A DNA stretch of 58,807 nt from positions 1 through 58,807 of IMG/VR virus record IMGVR_UViG_3300005332_000001; one strand, 5' to 3'. How positions within the stretch are numbered: the stretch's first letter is position 1; each line of letters begins with the position of its first letter. This DNA is from a virus. Lineage: Duplodnaviria; Caudoviricetes. The notes below the pieces were generated by a model. The model searched no databases. It saw only the letters and a list, made by a program, of their open reading frames with translations, and had not been told where the DNA came from. The position numbers and the translations under genes were made by a program. Shown here piece by piece: positions 1 through 8,988 of the stretch.

Positions 1-39
1 TGTACGGATTTCCTGCCTCTGCTCAATGGTTAAGCGCAT
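1..39 (-). CDS. 5' fragment of HTH/Zn-finger protein running off the left end (MRLTIEQRQEIRT...)
   Basis: ATG at 39 overlaps the end of the extended ASCH frame; probably continues into 58521-58807. Confidence 0.55.
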   Translation of the reverse strand, partial: MRLTIEQRQEIRT

Positions 40-149
40 TGGTTGCTCGCCTTTCTCTTCTCTTGCCACTCTTGACGAATGGCCGCCAACACTGCGGGAT
101 GTGGCTCAAACAGGCCCAGTTCGCCTTTGAGCGGGTAGAATTCCAGTGG

Positions 150-467
150 CTACGCCCAATTGAAGCACCAGCCATACTTGCCCTGCTGAAACCACCTGCT
201 CTCACTGCTCGTCACCACGTCCACCAAACGAACCACGCCAACGATGCCACCGCGCTGGTACTCATCCTTACGCGGCAATCTTCGCTTCTCGTCGGCGCTC
301 AGGTGCTGCTCTAGCCAGTCGAACGCATGCGGATCGAAAGTCTTGCCCGCATGGATGAGTAGCGGGCCGCGATAGTCAGTGTACCAATCACGATTTTCAA
401 TATTTTTGGTACCCTGGACGATGAGGGCTGCCCAGGGCTGTTTTACAGATAAACACAACATTATCAT
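150..467 (-). CDS. ASCH domain protein, interrupted by in-frame TAG at 150-152 (frame continues to TAA at 30-32)
   Basis: LSVKQPWAALIVQGTKNIENRDW..YRGPLLIHAGK and GGIVGVVRLVDV are ASCH motifs; PLEFYPLKGELGLF follows the TAG. Confidence 0.88.
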   Translation of the reverse strand: MIMLCLSVKQPWAALIVQGTKNIENRDWYTDYRGPLLIHAGKTFDPHAFDWLEQHLSADEKRRLPRKDEYQRGGIVGVVRLVDVVTSSESRWFQQGKYGWCFNWA

Positions 468-1033
468 GCGCCTTTCTGCTCGTGCTCGCAGTGGCGCAGC
501 TTGATTATTGCCGCCACGTGCTCAGTCGCATCTTCGTCTTTTTCGCTCAGTTCCGGCTCGCAGTCTTTGGGCTGAACGCCGAGCAGTGTCGCGCGATCCT
601 CATTGCCATGCAGGGTAAGCTGCTGGCTAACATCTGGCATATCCGCAGTCACCCATTCGGGCAACAAGACCGGCTCTGGCAATGCTGGCGCAGGCGGACA
701 GTCGTTGAGCCCTAAGTCATCTGGTGCGTCCTCTGGTATCGGCTGCTCAGGGGCAGGCACCTGTGCATGACGGGCCAGGGGCACAGCATGGGTGTGCATG
801 TACGCATGAAAGGGTGGAAGTGTGATGCGTGGCGTGCGCATTTCTCTCGCCATAGCCTTGATGCGAGTGGGGTTGTATGCATGTACGACGGTGTGTTGTA
901 CAGACGCGGGCTGTTGACTGGCATCGTGTGCCACTTCGCCCTGGTTCTTGAGTGTCAATGTGGCGCCTGCGCGAAACCCGGCCTGCCAAATTTTCCACGG
1001 GTGGAAAAGATCTCGGAGATGGAGAGCGCTCAT
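464..1033 (-). CDS. Hypothetical Pro-rich protein
   Basis: GAAAGGA RBS before ATG 1033; ATGA overlap with ASCH gene. Confidence 0.7.
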   Translation of the reverse strand: MSALHLRDLFHPWKIWQAGFRAGATLTLKNQGEVAHDASQQPASVQHTVVHAYNPTRIKAMAREMRTPRITLPPFHAYMHTHAVPLARHAQVPAPEQPIPEDAPDDLGLNDCPPAPALPEPVLLPEWVTADMPDVSQQLTLHGNEDRATLLGVQPKDCEPELSEKDEDATEHVAAIIKLRHCEHEQKGA

Positions 1034-1085
1034 AGTATTATCCTTTCGAGAATGCTGGCCAGCGTGGTGACTGGCCAGCCACGAA

Positions 1086-1175
1086 CTAATGAAACGCCGC
1101 TGCGAGAATGCAGAGCGTAAAGACGAACAGTAAAAAGCCAATCAGTCTGGCCCAGCTAATGGTGTGAATCTTCAC
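1086..1175 (-). CDS. 29-aa single-TM peptide (MKIHTISWARLIGFLLFVFTLCILAAAFH)
   Basis: GGAGG RBS, GTG start, hydrophobic; below ORF-track cutoff. Confidence 0.6.
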   Translation of the reverse strand: MKIHTISWARLIGFLLFVFTLCILAAAFH

Positions 1176-1190
1176 GGTTCTCTCTCCTCC

Positions 1191-1394
1191 CTACGCTGCG
1201 CCGTTTGGCAACTGGTTCCGCTCCGCGCGGAGTGACGAGATCTTTTTGATCTTCCGAATGTGCATTTTCGTGCAGCGATATTTCGCGTTTTGTGTGTCGC
1301 CGGGATCAGCGGGAACCCGGTTCATAAGAGTCCCGTCGCTGCATTCAATACAGCGGATTTGACCCGGCATAGATGATAGAGGTCGTTGGTACAT
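1191..1394 (-). CDS. Small Zn-ribbon protein
   Basis: CIEC...CTKMH; AAAGGA RBS. Confidence 0.65.
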   Translation of the reverse strand: MYQRPLSSMPGQIRCIECSDGTLMNRVPADPGDTQNAKYRCTKMHIRKIKKISSLRAERNQLPNGAA

Positions 1395-1435
1395 AGGTGA
1401 GTCCTTTCTCTTGTGAATACCTCTGTTATGCGGCT

Positions 1436-2572
1436 TTATAGAGCTGCATTTACAGGAGGTTTTGCTGTCGTCTTAACCTCGTTTATGAGCCACTCAATAA
1501 CGCCGGTTAAGAACACCTTATCGGGGGCGCGGTTGGGCTTGATTAGGGTGCCTCTTTGGATCAAGGCATAAACGGTTTTATGGTGAACGCCTGAAATTTC
1601 AATAACCTGTTTAATAGGGACGCTCTTGCCGCGAACATCGCGCCACGCGACGATTTTAGGGTAGTAGGTTGCCAGCATTTCGATGGCTGCAATAACGTCC
1701 ATTTGGCCAGGTTGAAAGTCAGGGAGATACAGGATGTTCGAGGCGTCCGATACCTGCTCGGATACGGGCAGTTTGCCGACCTGGATAGCTTCGATTTCTT
1801 CTGTTTGAGACTCACCAGATACGACAGGCAAAGGGCGGGTAATACACTCCTCTTCCGCGTCTGTTTGAAGCTCTTCTTGGGTATTTATCGAGGGCGTTGA
1901 TTGCTCGCTTTTGCCAAAGGTATCGGCCACTTCTTTCAGGCCTTTTGCAGCTTCTTTCGCGCGCTCCATAAGCCCCGGCTTTTTGTTCTTTGCCTGGAGA
2001 TCAGCGATATCTTTGAGGAGGCCTGCCGTCTCTTCCAGATACTGTTTCTTGGCGGCCAGCTCGCTGGCGGTGGGCGGTTTTGTGCCAAAGAATTCCGCCA
2101 CGACTGAGTACACCAGCGAAAAGATCGTGAACCCGCTGGCCAGGATCGGGTTCACCCAGATCAGGCCTGTATCCACCTGCATCGCAGCAACGTAGTGCAG
2201 CACACCATGCGAGTCGTACACGGGTGTAGTTGCGCCCGTGGGCTGCATGAGCATGCTCATGTCCTCATAGTGACTAGCATATTCCCAGTTGATGAAGAAG
2301 CTATATGCCGCGATCGAGAGGATAAATGCCCACACGATGACCAGCACCCAGGTTGGCATGCTCTTGCGAAAGAACATCACGCCGATGGTGGTCACCAGCG
2401 CGGTGATATCGAACGCCCCGGCCAGGGCATACGAACCGATAACGTTGTCGTGATCGGGCTCAAATCCATTGAAAAAGGTCGCCACGTGCCTGATTGATGC
2501 TGCCATAAAGGCGATGTAGCACAGGATGAAGACGGTCTTCACGGTGCCGCGCATCCATTGTTCTCCAGTCAT
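1436..2572 (-). CDS. Multi-TM + coiled-coil + C-terminal HTH protein (SpdB2/DUF2637-like)
   Basis: About 4 hydrophobic segments, coiled coil, C-terminal IKQVIEISGVHHKTVYALIQRG HTH; AAGGAAGG RBS before ATG 2572. Confidence 0.7.
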   Translation of the reverse strand: MTGEQWMRGTVKTVFILCYIAFMAASIRHVATFFNGFEPDHDNVIGSYALAGAFDITALVTTIGVMFFRKSMPTWVLVIVWAFILSIAAYSFFINWEYASHYEDMSMLMQPTGATTPVYDSHGVLHYVAAMQVDTGLIWVNPILASGFTIFSLVYSVVAEFFGTKPPTASELAAKKQYLEETAGLLKDIADLQAKNKKPGLMERAKEAAKGLKEVADTFGKSEQSTPSINTQEELQTDAEEECITRPLPVVSGESQTEEIEAIQVGKLPVSEQVSDASNILYLPDFQPGQMDVIAAIEMLATYYPKIVAWRDVRGKSVPIKQVIEISGVHHKTVYALIQRGTLIKPNRAPDKVFLTGVIEWLINEVKTTAKPPVNAAL

Positions 2573-2688
2573 TGTTTTGGTCCTTCCTTGTATTTTTTGT
2601 GTGTATTTCGTGTATTTTTCGGCGGTTTCGTGGTTCTTTGAGCACAAAATGATGATTTTCTGCTCGCGAAACACACGAAACACACCGC

Positions 2689-4173
2689 CTATGCTTTTCG
2701 TGGTTGCCAGTCGATCAGTCCCATCCGGGACAGCTTGTTGAGAATTTGATTGACGCGCGTTGATGACAGTCCTGTCTCTGGCGCGATCGCGTTGCCCGTC
2801 TTTAGTCCAGCGCGGTAGGCTTCAAGCACACTGCGCTCATCGCCGTGCAGCCGATCCTCTGGCGCCACGGGCTCTTCTACCTGCGGAGCTGGTGATACAG
2901 GCGCGGACTGGACGGGCACACTGCGCAGACGTTGCTCGCGAGCCATGCGGCGATCATATGCAGTGGCAGGAGCGCGCGGTGTTGGGTATGCGCGCCCCTG
3001 CCCCTCTTGCTGGCCTGAAACCATGTAGGCTAGTAGCTCGTCCTCTGCTTGCGCCTGTGTCCCTGGAACGCGGGCTGGCTGATACGTTGAGGGGCCCAGG
3101 AGTTGGTAGAGCGCCTGGTTGTCCACGTAGGGCACGCGGGCGAGGCTGGCCTGCTTCACTTGCCCTCCACGCAGCATCACCGTCCCCTTGCCCAGCTCGT
3201 TCTCTGGTACAAGCTTTGCCGGCATATCCAGAAGCACACGAGCCGTGGTAGGATCTCCGCCGACGTAGAACGCCGTGCGGAAGCAGTCACGCACCGCGCC
3301 ACCACCGCCAGGCGCGATCGTGCTCACCAGGAAATCCTGAGAGGCGGTGATCAGGAAGATCCCGACTTTGCGCCCCTCGCGCAAGATGGACGCGATGTAT
3401 TCGGGCGCCTCTTTGATTTTCGCCACAATCGCCGGCAGCTCGTCGATCACTAGAAAGTATGGCTTGCCGAGTGGCTGGGAGCGCGCGTATTTCTCCAGGC
3501 GTTTGGGAAGCAATTCTGTGGCTACTTGCTTCAGGTAGTGCTCGATAACCTCATAGCGTCGGCACTCCATTGGATCTGCCACCAGGTACTGTTCAAAGGG
3601 TGTCCAGTCCTCCGGTGGGTCCGCCTGAATGTCGTAGCAGGTATAGTGCGGATTGAGCAAGAGCACCTGCGCGCCAGCATGACACAATTGGACCATGAGC
3701 AGGCGCATAAGCACCGACTTGCCTCCGCCAGTGCTCCCGGCCAGCGCCACATGGCACAGACCCTTTGCTTGTGCGTAGACGAGCAGGCCATCGGGTAGGA
3801 ATGCCAGAAAGATCTTCTCAAGCGATGGTTTGAATCCAGTTGCCAGAATATCCGAGAGTGTGAAAAACTCTGGGAGCGACCCCGACGGCTCACCATCTAA
3901 TGGCTCAGGAGCTATCTCTTGCTCGCGTATACTCTTCCCGGTGAACATGCGGCGCATCACTGATGGCCAGCGGGGATCTCTGGCACGTGTGGGTAAGGGG
4001 GAATCCTCCTCCTTGCCCGTCGCCACAGCAATATCGCCGGCCGCTTGATATGCAACAGCCCCAAGCGCCAGGCCTGCAATTACACCAAGTCCGCCCTGAT
4101 GCATCAGGGCTAAGGCGGGTTCAGAGACGGCGATAGCAGTCCCTGCCGCCAAGAGCTTATGCCTGTTTGCCAT
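2689..4173 (-). CDS. FtsK/SpoIIIE-family DNA translocase, TraB-like
   Basis: N-terminal hydrophobic segments; HVALAGSTGGGKS Walker A; LVIDELP Walker B; REGRKVGIFLITASQ; ELGKGTV; C-terminal winged HTH. Confidence 0.88.
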   Translation of the reverse strand: MANRHKLLAAGTAIAVSEPALALMHQGGLGVIAGLALGAVAYQAAGDIAVATGKEEDSPLPTRARDPRWPSVMRRMFTGKSIREQEIAPEPLDGEPSGSLPEFFTLSDILATGFKPSLEKIFLAFLPDGLLVYAQAKGLCHVALAGSTGGGKSVLMRLLMVQLCHAGAQVLLLNPHYTCYDIQADPPEDWTPFEQYLVADPMECRRYEVIEHYLKQVATELLPKRLEKYARSQPLGKPYFLVIDELPAIVAKIKEAPEYIASILREGRKVGIFLITASQDFLVSTIAPGGGGAVRDCFRTAFYVGGDPTTARVLLDMPAKLVPENELGKGTVMLRGGQVKQASLARVPYVDNQALYQLLGPSTYQPARVPGTQAQAEDELLAYMVSGQQEGQGRAYPTPRAPATAYDRRMAREQRLRSVPVQSAPVSPAPQVEEPVAPEDRLHGDERSVLEAYRAGLKTGNAIAPETGLSSTRVNQILNKLSRMGLIDWQPRKA

Positions 4174-4174
4174 C

Positions 4175-4708
4175 TTAGAACTCCTCAAACCCGTGCTCGA
4201 TCAATCCGACGCCTAAAGGCAGCCCAACAACCACGATGCCACCGATGGCCAGCGCGATGAGAAACTGAACCAGCGAGCTTGCGCCTGGGGACGCTGAATA
4301 ATCCGCATACCCGTTCAATGCAACGAGTGAGATAGACCCGATCACATACCACTTAGCCAGGTGCGGGTTAACGGTCGAAATCTTCGCAACGGCAATGGTC
4401 AGAGCCAGGCCAAACACCAGAGTAACAAGTTCCACCACCCAGGCGTACTCCCAAGCAGTAGCGAACTGAATGGGCGCGCTCCCCGTTATTAGTAACCACG
4501 GCTGAACGAGAATGCCCCAGTCGATGCCAGCGACGCGATCAACGCGGCCAATCGCCAAGTATTCGCTGGTTTGAATCTGCACGACGGTACCAGAGAGCCA
4601 CAGCATCAGCGCTAGCGCCCCCAACAGCCACATGATGAGCGGCGACGAGCCGAGTTTGTGGTGCATTCGCTGCTGTAGCTTTTTGAGTTCTTTGAGTTTT
4701 GTGCCCAT
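4175..4708 (-). CDS. Integral membrane protein (about 4 TM), Spd-like by context
   Basis: Hydrophobic segments; abuts FtsK gene. Confidence 0.75.
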   Translation of the reverse strand: MGTKLKELKKLQQRMHHKLGSSPLIMWLLGALALMLWLSGTVVQIQTSEYLAIGRVDRVAGIDWGILVQPWLLITGSAPIQFATAWEYAWVVELVTLVFGLALTIAVAKISTVNPHLAKWYVIGSISLVALNGYADYSASPGASSLVQFLIALAIGGIVVVGLPLGVGLIEHGFEEF

Positions 4709-4809
4709 AATTGGAGCCTTTCTTTTTGCCTCGCTCGTTACATGAGTGAGGGTTAATGCCGTCTTTCGGGTACAGAGGTTTTGGAGGACGGCTGACTCCT
4801 ATTTACGCG

Positions 4810-5052
4810 CTACGAGTGTTTCTGCTCAGAGGTCGAATCCTGCAGATGTTCTGCCAGGGCCTGATCGACGATCCACATTTCCAGTTCGTCGTCCTCAGAG
4901 CGCGGTGGCTGGCCATCAGACTCATGTTGCTTGGCGAGATGGCGGAAGTGATCCATGAGTGCGCTGGGGAGAACCAGCGTGCGCGTCTCCGTCTTCTCAA
5001 GCAAACCGATCTGCACTCGTTGGCGCAGATCTGCCAATACGCGCCTGCTCAT
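4810..5052 (-). CDS. Small protein, possible ribbon-helix-helix
   Basis: RTLVLPSALMDHFRHLA pattern; ATGA coupling to upstream gene. Confidence 0.55.
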   Translation of the reverse strand: MSRRVLADLRQRVQIGLLEKTETRTLVLPSALMDHFRHLAKQHESDGQPPRSEDDELEMWIVDQALAEHLQDSTSEQKHS

Positions 5053-5276
5053 ACACTCACCTCGCGTTTCACACAGGCGCGGACGTCGGCGCGATAGAAA
5101 CGCCACGTCGAGCCAACCTTCTGCGATGGCAGATCTCCGCTCCACATCAGGCGGTAGAGTGTCGAGCGGCTCACCTTGAGGTAGGTCTGCGCCTCTTTGA
5201 ACGTGAGAAGTACATCATCCTGCGCCGGGGCCTGGGCCACACTGGCCGAGACGGGTTTGATTATCGTTTGTGTCAT
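5049..5276 (-). CDS. Excisionase-family HTH (HTH_17)
   Basis: LLTFKEAQTYLKVSRSTLYRLMWSGDLPSQKVGSTWRF. Confidence 0.88.
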   Translation of the reverse strand: MTQTIIKPVSASVAQAPAQDDVLLTFKEAQTYLKVSRSTLYRLMWSGDLPSQKVGSTWRFYRADVRACVKREVSV

Positions 5277-5569
5277 GCTTCACCTCGCTCTTTCCATGGT
5301 TTGCGCACTTCCTCTTTGTGCAGCCAGCCATCTGTTACCTCTGGGATCAGTGCCGGCAACTCTGCACTGATATCGTTGTGAGACATCACTACCAGCGCGT
5401 GCCTGTACACCTTGCCGTCACGCCCGCGAATGCCAGTGCCAACTGGCTCAATGCCCATCGTGAAGATACGGCGCAGGATCAGCGCATCGTCGAGCCCGCC
5501 CCATTTCGCGTATGCGTTTGGACTGCACACCGAAAAATAGGTGTGGTATGTTTCTTCGTTTGCATTCAT
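5273..5569 (-). CDS. Hypothetical protein
   Basis: ATGA overlaps at both ends. Confidence 0.7.
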   Translation of the reverse strand: MNANEETYHTYFSVCSPNAYAKWGGLDDALILRRIFTMGIEPVGTGIRGRDGKVYRHALVVMSHNDISAELPALIPEVTDGWLHKEEVRKPWKERGEA

Positions 5570-5922
5570 GCCTGTTCTTCCTCCTCGCTCAGCACTTTAT
5601 CCAGTGCGAGCCGTATATCTTCCAGCACATCATGATCCTGGCACCACTTGGCCAGCAGCGCCTTTACATCCTCGCCCAGCGGTGCCGCCAGTTCTTCTGC
5701 CGTGAATGGCACGCTCGGATCAAGCGGCGCCTTTACATCCTCGCCCAGCGGCGCCGCCAATTCTTCTGCCGTGAATGGCACGCTCGGATCAAGCGGCGCG
5801 GACCTCCACTCGCTGCATACCATCCAGGCGGCGAGGATCATGATGGCCAGCAGCGCCAGCGGAACCCACCAGTCGAGCAAGAACACGCCGATCGACAGCA
5901 GCGCGTTGAAAAGAAATTCCAT
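5566..5922 (-). CDS. Membrane protein with internal 23-aa duplication
   Basis: Hydrophobic N-terminus; APLDPSVPFTAEELAAPLGEDVK x2. Confidence 0.75.
   Translation of the reverse strand: MEFLFNALLSIGVFLLDWWVPLALLAIMILAAWMVCSEWRSAPLDPSVPFTAEELAAPLGEDVKAPLDPSVPFTAEELAAPLGEDVKALLAKWCQDHDVLEDIRLALDKVLSEEEEQA
5658..5799. repeat. 69-bp in-frame tandem duplication (2 copies)
   Basis: Copies start at 5658 and 5727 and differ at 2 positions. Confidence 0.95.
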
Positions 5923-5943
5923 TGGCTCAGTTTCCTTTCTTGT

Positions 5944-6276
5944 TCAGCTAAACAGTTCTAATTGCCCCGCTGCCTGCGCCAACTCCCTTGCCTTGCGCTG
6001 GCGTGTCTCGCGTGCGTGCCGGACATGCATTGCTACGTCGTCCCGTAGGTGGCAGGTCTGGCACAGTGCGACAATTCGCGCATTCGGGTTCTCCGTGTCG
6101 CCGTCGGGATGGTGCACCGTCAGAAACACCTTGTAGGGATTGCCTTTCAGGCTGGTGCGCTCGGTACCGTGCGCAACTCCGCACCACTCGCAGCACCAGT
6201 TGGCTTTCTCTTTCGCCGCCAGGGCCATCGCTTCCCAGTTGGGTGGGTAGCAAAGTTTGCGCGTCCTGCTGGCCAT
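5944..6276 (-). CDS. HNH endonuclease-like protein
   Basis: CEWCG...LTVHHPDGDTENPNARIVALCQTCHL. Confidence 0.85.
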   Translation of the reverse strand: MASRTRKLCYPPNWEAMALAAKEKANWCCEWCGVAHGTERTSLKGNPYKVFLTVHHPDGDTENPNARIVALCQTCHLRDDVAMHVRHARETRQRKARELAQAAGQLELFS

Positions 6277-6285
6277 GAAAACCTC

Positions 6286-7140
6286 CTATGCTGCCTTTCC
6301 GCGGCGCCGCAGGTTGGCATTTTTCGGCGTGACACCCGTGCAATACTCACCAATGCGCTCAACCACGCGCCGGCCTGCATGGAACGCGCCAGATGGGACA
6401 TCAGCAGGTCGCCATTGCGCTTCAAGCTGGCTCAGGTTGAAGTTGCAGGTAAACACGGTGTACAGGCCAGCAGAGCGCCGGGCCTCGACCAGCGCGTACA
6501 ATTGCTCAAGCACGAAGGGCGTCGGGCGCTCAGTGGCCAGGTCGTCCAGGGCCAACCAGCGTACAGACTTGGCCAGTTCAAGCAGCTCGTCGCCATCCGC
6601 CGGCTCATGGCGCATGGACTTGGCAACGGCCTCGCGCAATCGGTTCATGAGATCGATCGAACGCAGAAATGCGGCTGATTCGCCTCGCTCGATGGCTGCC
6701 TGGATGATGCTGATCGCCATGCCAGTCTTGCCGATGCCCAGCTCGCCATGGACGAATAGGCCTCGCTGGGGCAGATCCCCGCTGGCGAACGCTTTACACT
6801 TTGCCATTGCCTGCGCGTCAAGATCTGCAGGAGCACTGGCAAAAGACCAGTTCGCCATGTAGTGAGGGATATGCGAGTCCCCCAGCAGGCGCGCCACTAT
6901 TTCCGCCTTGTAGCGGGCCTGGGCCTGCTCGGTACATTCCGGGCAGGGCACCTCGCAATAGCCAAACTTGCGATGGTGACCAGTGTGCTCAGCGTGCTCG
7001 CTGTAGTCCTTGAGCCAGCCATGCATACTTGGACTGGTGAGAGTGAGTTTGCAGCGCGGGCAGGTGAACGGGACAAATACCGTACCTGTCACCTCTGGGA
7101 TGTTTTCCTCATCCGGGAAAGTCATTTCTTCTTCGCTCAT
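6286..7140 (-). CDS. DnaC/IstB-like AAA+ helicase loader
   Basis: Zn motifs CPRC/CPEC; GLFVHGELGIGKT; LALDDLATE; TVFTCN; RVVERI; coupled to initiator. Confidence 0.9.
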   Translation of the reverse strand: MSEEEMTFPDEENIPEVTGTVFVPFTCPRCKLTLTSPSMHGWLKDYSEHAEHTGHHRKFGYCEVPCPECTEQAQARYKAEIVARLLGDSHIPHYMANWSFASAPADLDAQAMAKCKAFASGDLPQRGLFVHGELGIGKTGMAISIIQAAIERGESAAFLRSIDLMNRLREAVAKSMRHEPADGDELLELAKSVRWLALDDLATERPTPFVLEQLYALVEARRSAGLYTVFTCNFNLSQLEAQWRPADVPSGAFHAGRRVVERIGEYCTGVTPKNANLRRRGKAA

Positions 7141-8945
7141 CGGGTACCTACCTTTCCGTAGTTGGTATGCTGGATAAATTCTCCGAAGCCGCCCTCCCAT
7201 CCGTGTTCGTCGGCCTCGGCATAGGTCATCATTCGTTGTTCGCCCGTCTTGCTGTCGTACCAAAGCACCTGGCCGGGGTCTTTGGGTTGACTACCGGCAC
7301 CTTGCCGGCGCTGCCCTGACGCTTCCTTGGGCTTCTTTGCGCGGACCATCTCCGCCAGTTTCTCGTGGATGTGCTCGGCCACGCTGCAGACGTCCACTTT
7401 CTCCGGGTGCTGTGACCACCAGGGGTCATCCTCCACCATGTACTTGCGCACCTGCTCGACCTGCTCGCGGGTATAGTTCTGCGCCAGGGCCTTCGCACAC
7501 TGAGAAGCGCGCATATTCTGGTATCTGGACAAGAGCGGATGGCCGCGCCAATAGGTAAAAAGCTGCAAGCACGTGGTCGTTTTCCACTCAGCATCCGCCG
7601 GCGGCATCGCCGTGATAGTCGATGGCGAGTCTGGCCCTGTTGGCTCGCTCTTTTTTTGAGAGCGCTTGCCAGTTGCGACTTTTGCACTCGCCCGTGGATA
7701 ACTGACCGCCGCGGTGGATAACTGCTGAGATGGCGCATGCAGCTCGTCGCCAGCACTGTACACGCTGCCATCCTCGCGCTGTGAGTTGGTGTACACGTTC
7801 TCCTGTGAGGGTTCCTCTTCCCATGGCTGTCTTAGCCCTTGATCCAGGGTATAGTAAACAGGTTCACGAGTGTGCGTGTCGCGATCTGTGGGAGCATACG
7901 CGGCCAGAACCTGTTCGCATTCTGCTTCGAGTGAGGGAGGCAGTACAGCAAAGTCCTCCGTATGCTCAGGGGGCTGCGTAACTAACTCGACCAAGGGCGT
8001 GAATCCCTTTGCCTGGAACATTTGTTGATAGTGCTCCAGGATCTGAAGTCTCCGCTGCTGCTCTCCTGCATGGAGCGTACCAGCAAACTGAACAAGAAGC
8101 TTGGAGGGCGTCTCTTTGCTGTCTACCCACAACCAGGGCAAAAGAGCAAAAAAGATAGGCGCGCGCGTCGGCGAAGCGATAGCGGAGCCGGAATCGCCGG
8201 CGTCTTGCGAATGCGGAGGATATGTATCCTCTTCTTCGTTATCTATCTCAATATCTTCAGGGGAATCTATCCTACTATCTATATCGACTCGAAAATTTTG
8301 AGACTCCCCACTCGAAATTTTTTCAGGTGGGACTGAAAAAATTTGAGACTCCCCACTGTCAGAATTTTGAGGTGGGACATTAAAATTTTTCGAGTCCCCC
8401 CCACTCTCAATATTTTCGACTCCCCCCAGATGATGGAAAATGGTAAAGGGGTTCGCAGGGAGCTTTTTGATTGCTTCCTGAACACTGTCTTTGTTCAATG
8501 TGTAAATCGGCGCTCCGAACTCGTCGCCCGGTTTGCTTTTCTCGATCAGAAATCCCAGTGCTTTGAGAAGCTCAATAGCCTTTTTAAGAGTGGCCTTGCT
8601 GATAGACAGCGCTCGTTTAAATCGGTACTCAATCCATTCCCGACTATTCAGGTTTTCACCCTCAGGCTTTTTGAGTTTCGCCGAGTCGAACATGTACAGG
8701 CGCGCGATAATTTGTGCCTGAGAGAGACGTACCCACCAGGCCTTTGGCTCTTTGGGAAGTGGCTTTTTCTCCTCAAGGGCTTTCTCAACTCGGACTTGCC
8801 ATGCTTCCTTGCGCTTAATCATCTCTGCTTCGATGACGCGCATCACATTGGCTGCCAGGTGGTCCCCGCAAGCCACAACAAACTCCATGCGCTGCATAAG
8901 AAAGAGGTTGTAGGGAAGCTCAAAAATCGTTGCTTGTTCACTCAT
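7137..8945 (-). CDS. Phage replication initiator
   Basis: N-terminal wHTH (SISKATLKKAIELLKALGFL), internal iteron-like repeats, directly upstream of loader. Confidence 0.8.
   Translation of the reverse strand: MSEQATIFELPYNLFLMQRMEFVVACGDHLAANVMRVIEAEMIKRKEAWQVRVEKALEEKKPLPKEPKAWWVRLSQAQIIARLYMFDSAKLKKPEGENLNSREWIEYRFKRALSISKATLKKAIELLKALGFLIEKSKPGDEFGAPIYTLNKDSVQEAIKKLPANPFTIFHHLGGVENIESGGDSKNFNVPPQNSDSGESQIFSVPPEKISSGESQNFRVDIDSRIDSPEDIEIDNEEEDTYPPHSQDAGDSGSAIASPTRAPIFFALLPWLWVDSKETPSKLLVQFAGTLHAGEQQRRLQILEHYQQMFQAKGFTPLVELVTQPPEHTEDFAVLPPSLEAECEQVLAAYAPTDRDTHTREPVYYTLDQGLRQPWEEEPSQENVYTNSQREDGSVYSAGDELHAPSQQLSTAAVSYPRASAKVATGKRSQKKSEPTGPDSPSTITAMPPADAEWKTTTCLQLFTYWRGHPLLSRYQNMRASQCAKALAQNYTREQVEQVRKYMVEDDPWWSQHPEKVDVCSVAEHIHEKLAEMVRAKKPKEASGQRRQGAGSQPKDPGQVLWYDSKTGEQRMMTYAEADEHGWEGGFGEFIQHTNYGKVGTR
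8290..8430. repeat. Iteron-like repeats, candidate origin inside initiator gene
   Basis: TTTGAGACTCCCCACT at 8297 and 8342; AGGTGGGAC at 8325 and 8370 (45-bp period); degenerate copies to 8430; A/T tracts. Confidence 0.7.
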
Positions 8946-8988
8946 AACTCAACTCGCTTTATAACAGCCAGATACCTGGCGGGATAAT

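Noticed and set aside
150-152. Genome-wide TAG recoding (code 15)
   Set aside because: Many genes end in TAG right at the next gene or RBS (e.g. 30814, 32864, 41529, 42638); only one internal TAG was seen, and the tRNA-like element has no CTA anticodon.
2689-4173. FtsK-type genome-packaging ATPase or type IV coupling protein
   Set aside because: A canonical terminase/portal set exists; no relaxase or T4SS genes recognised.
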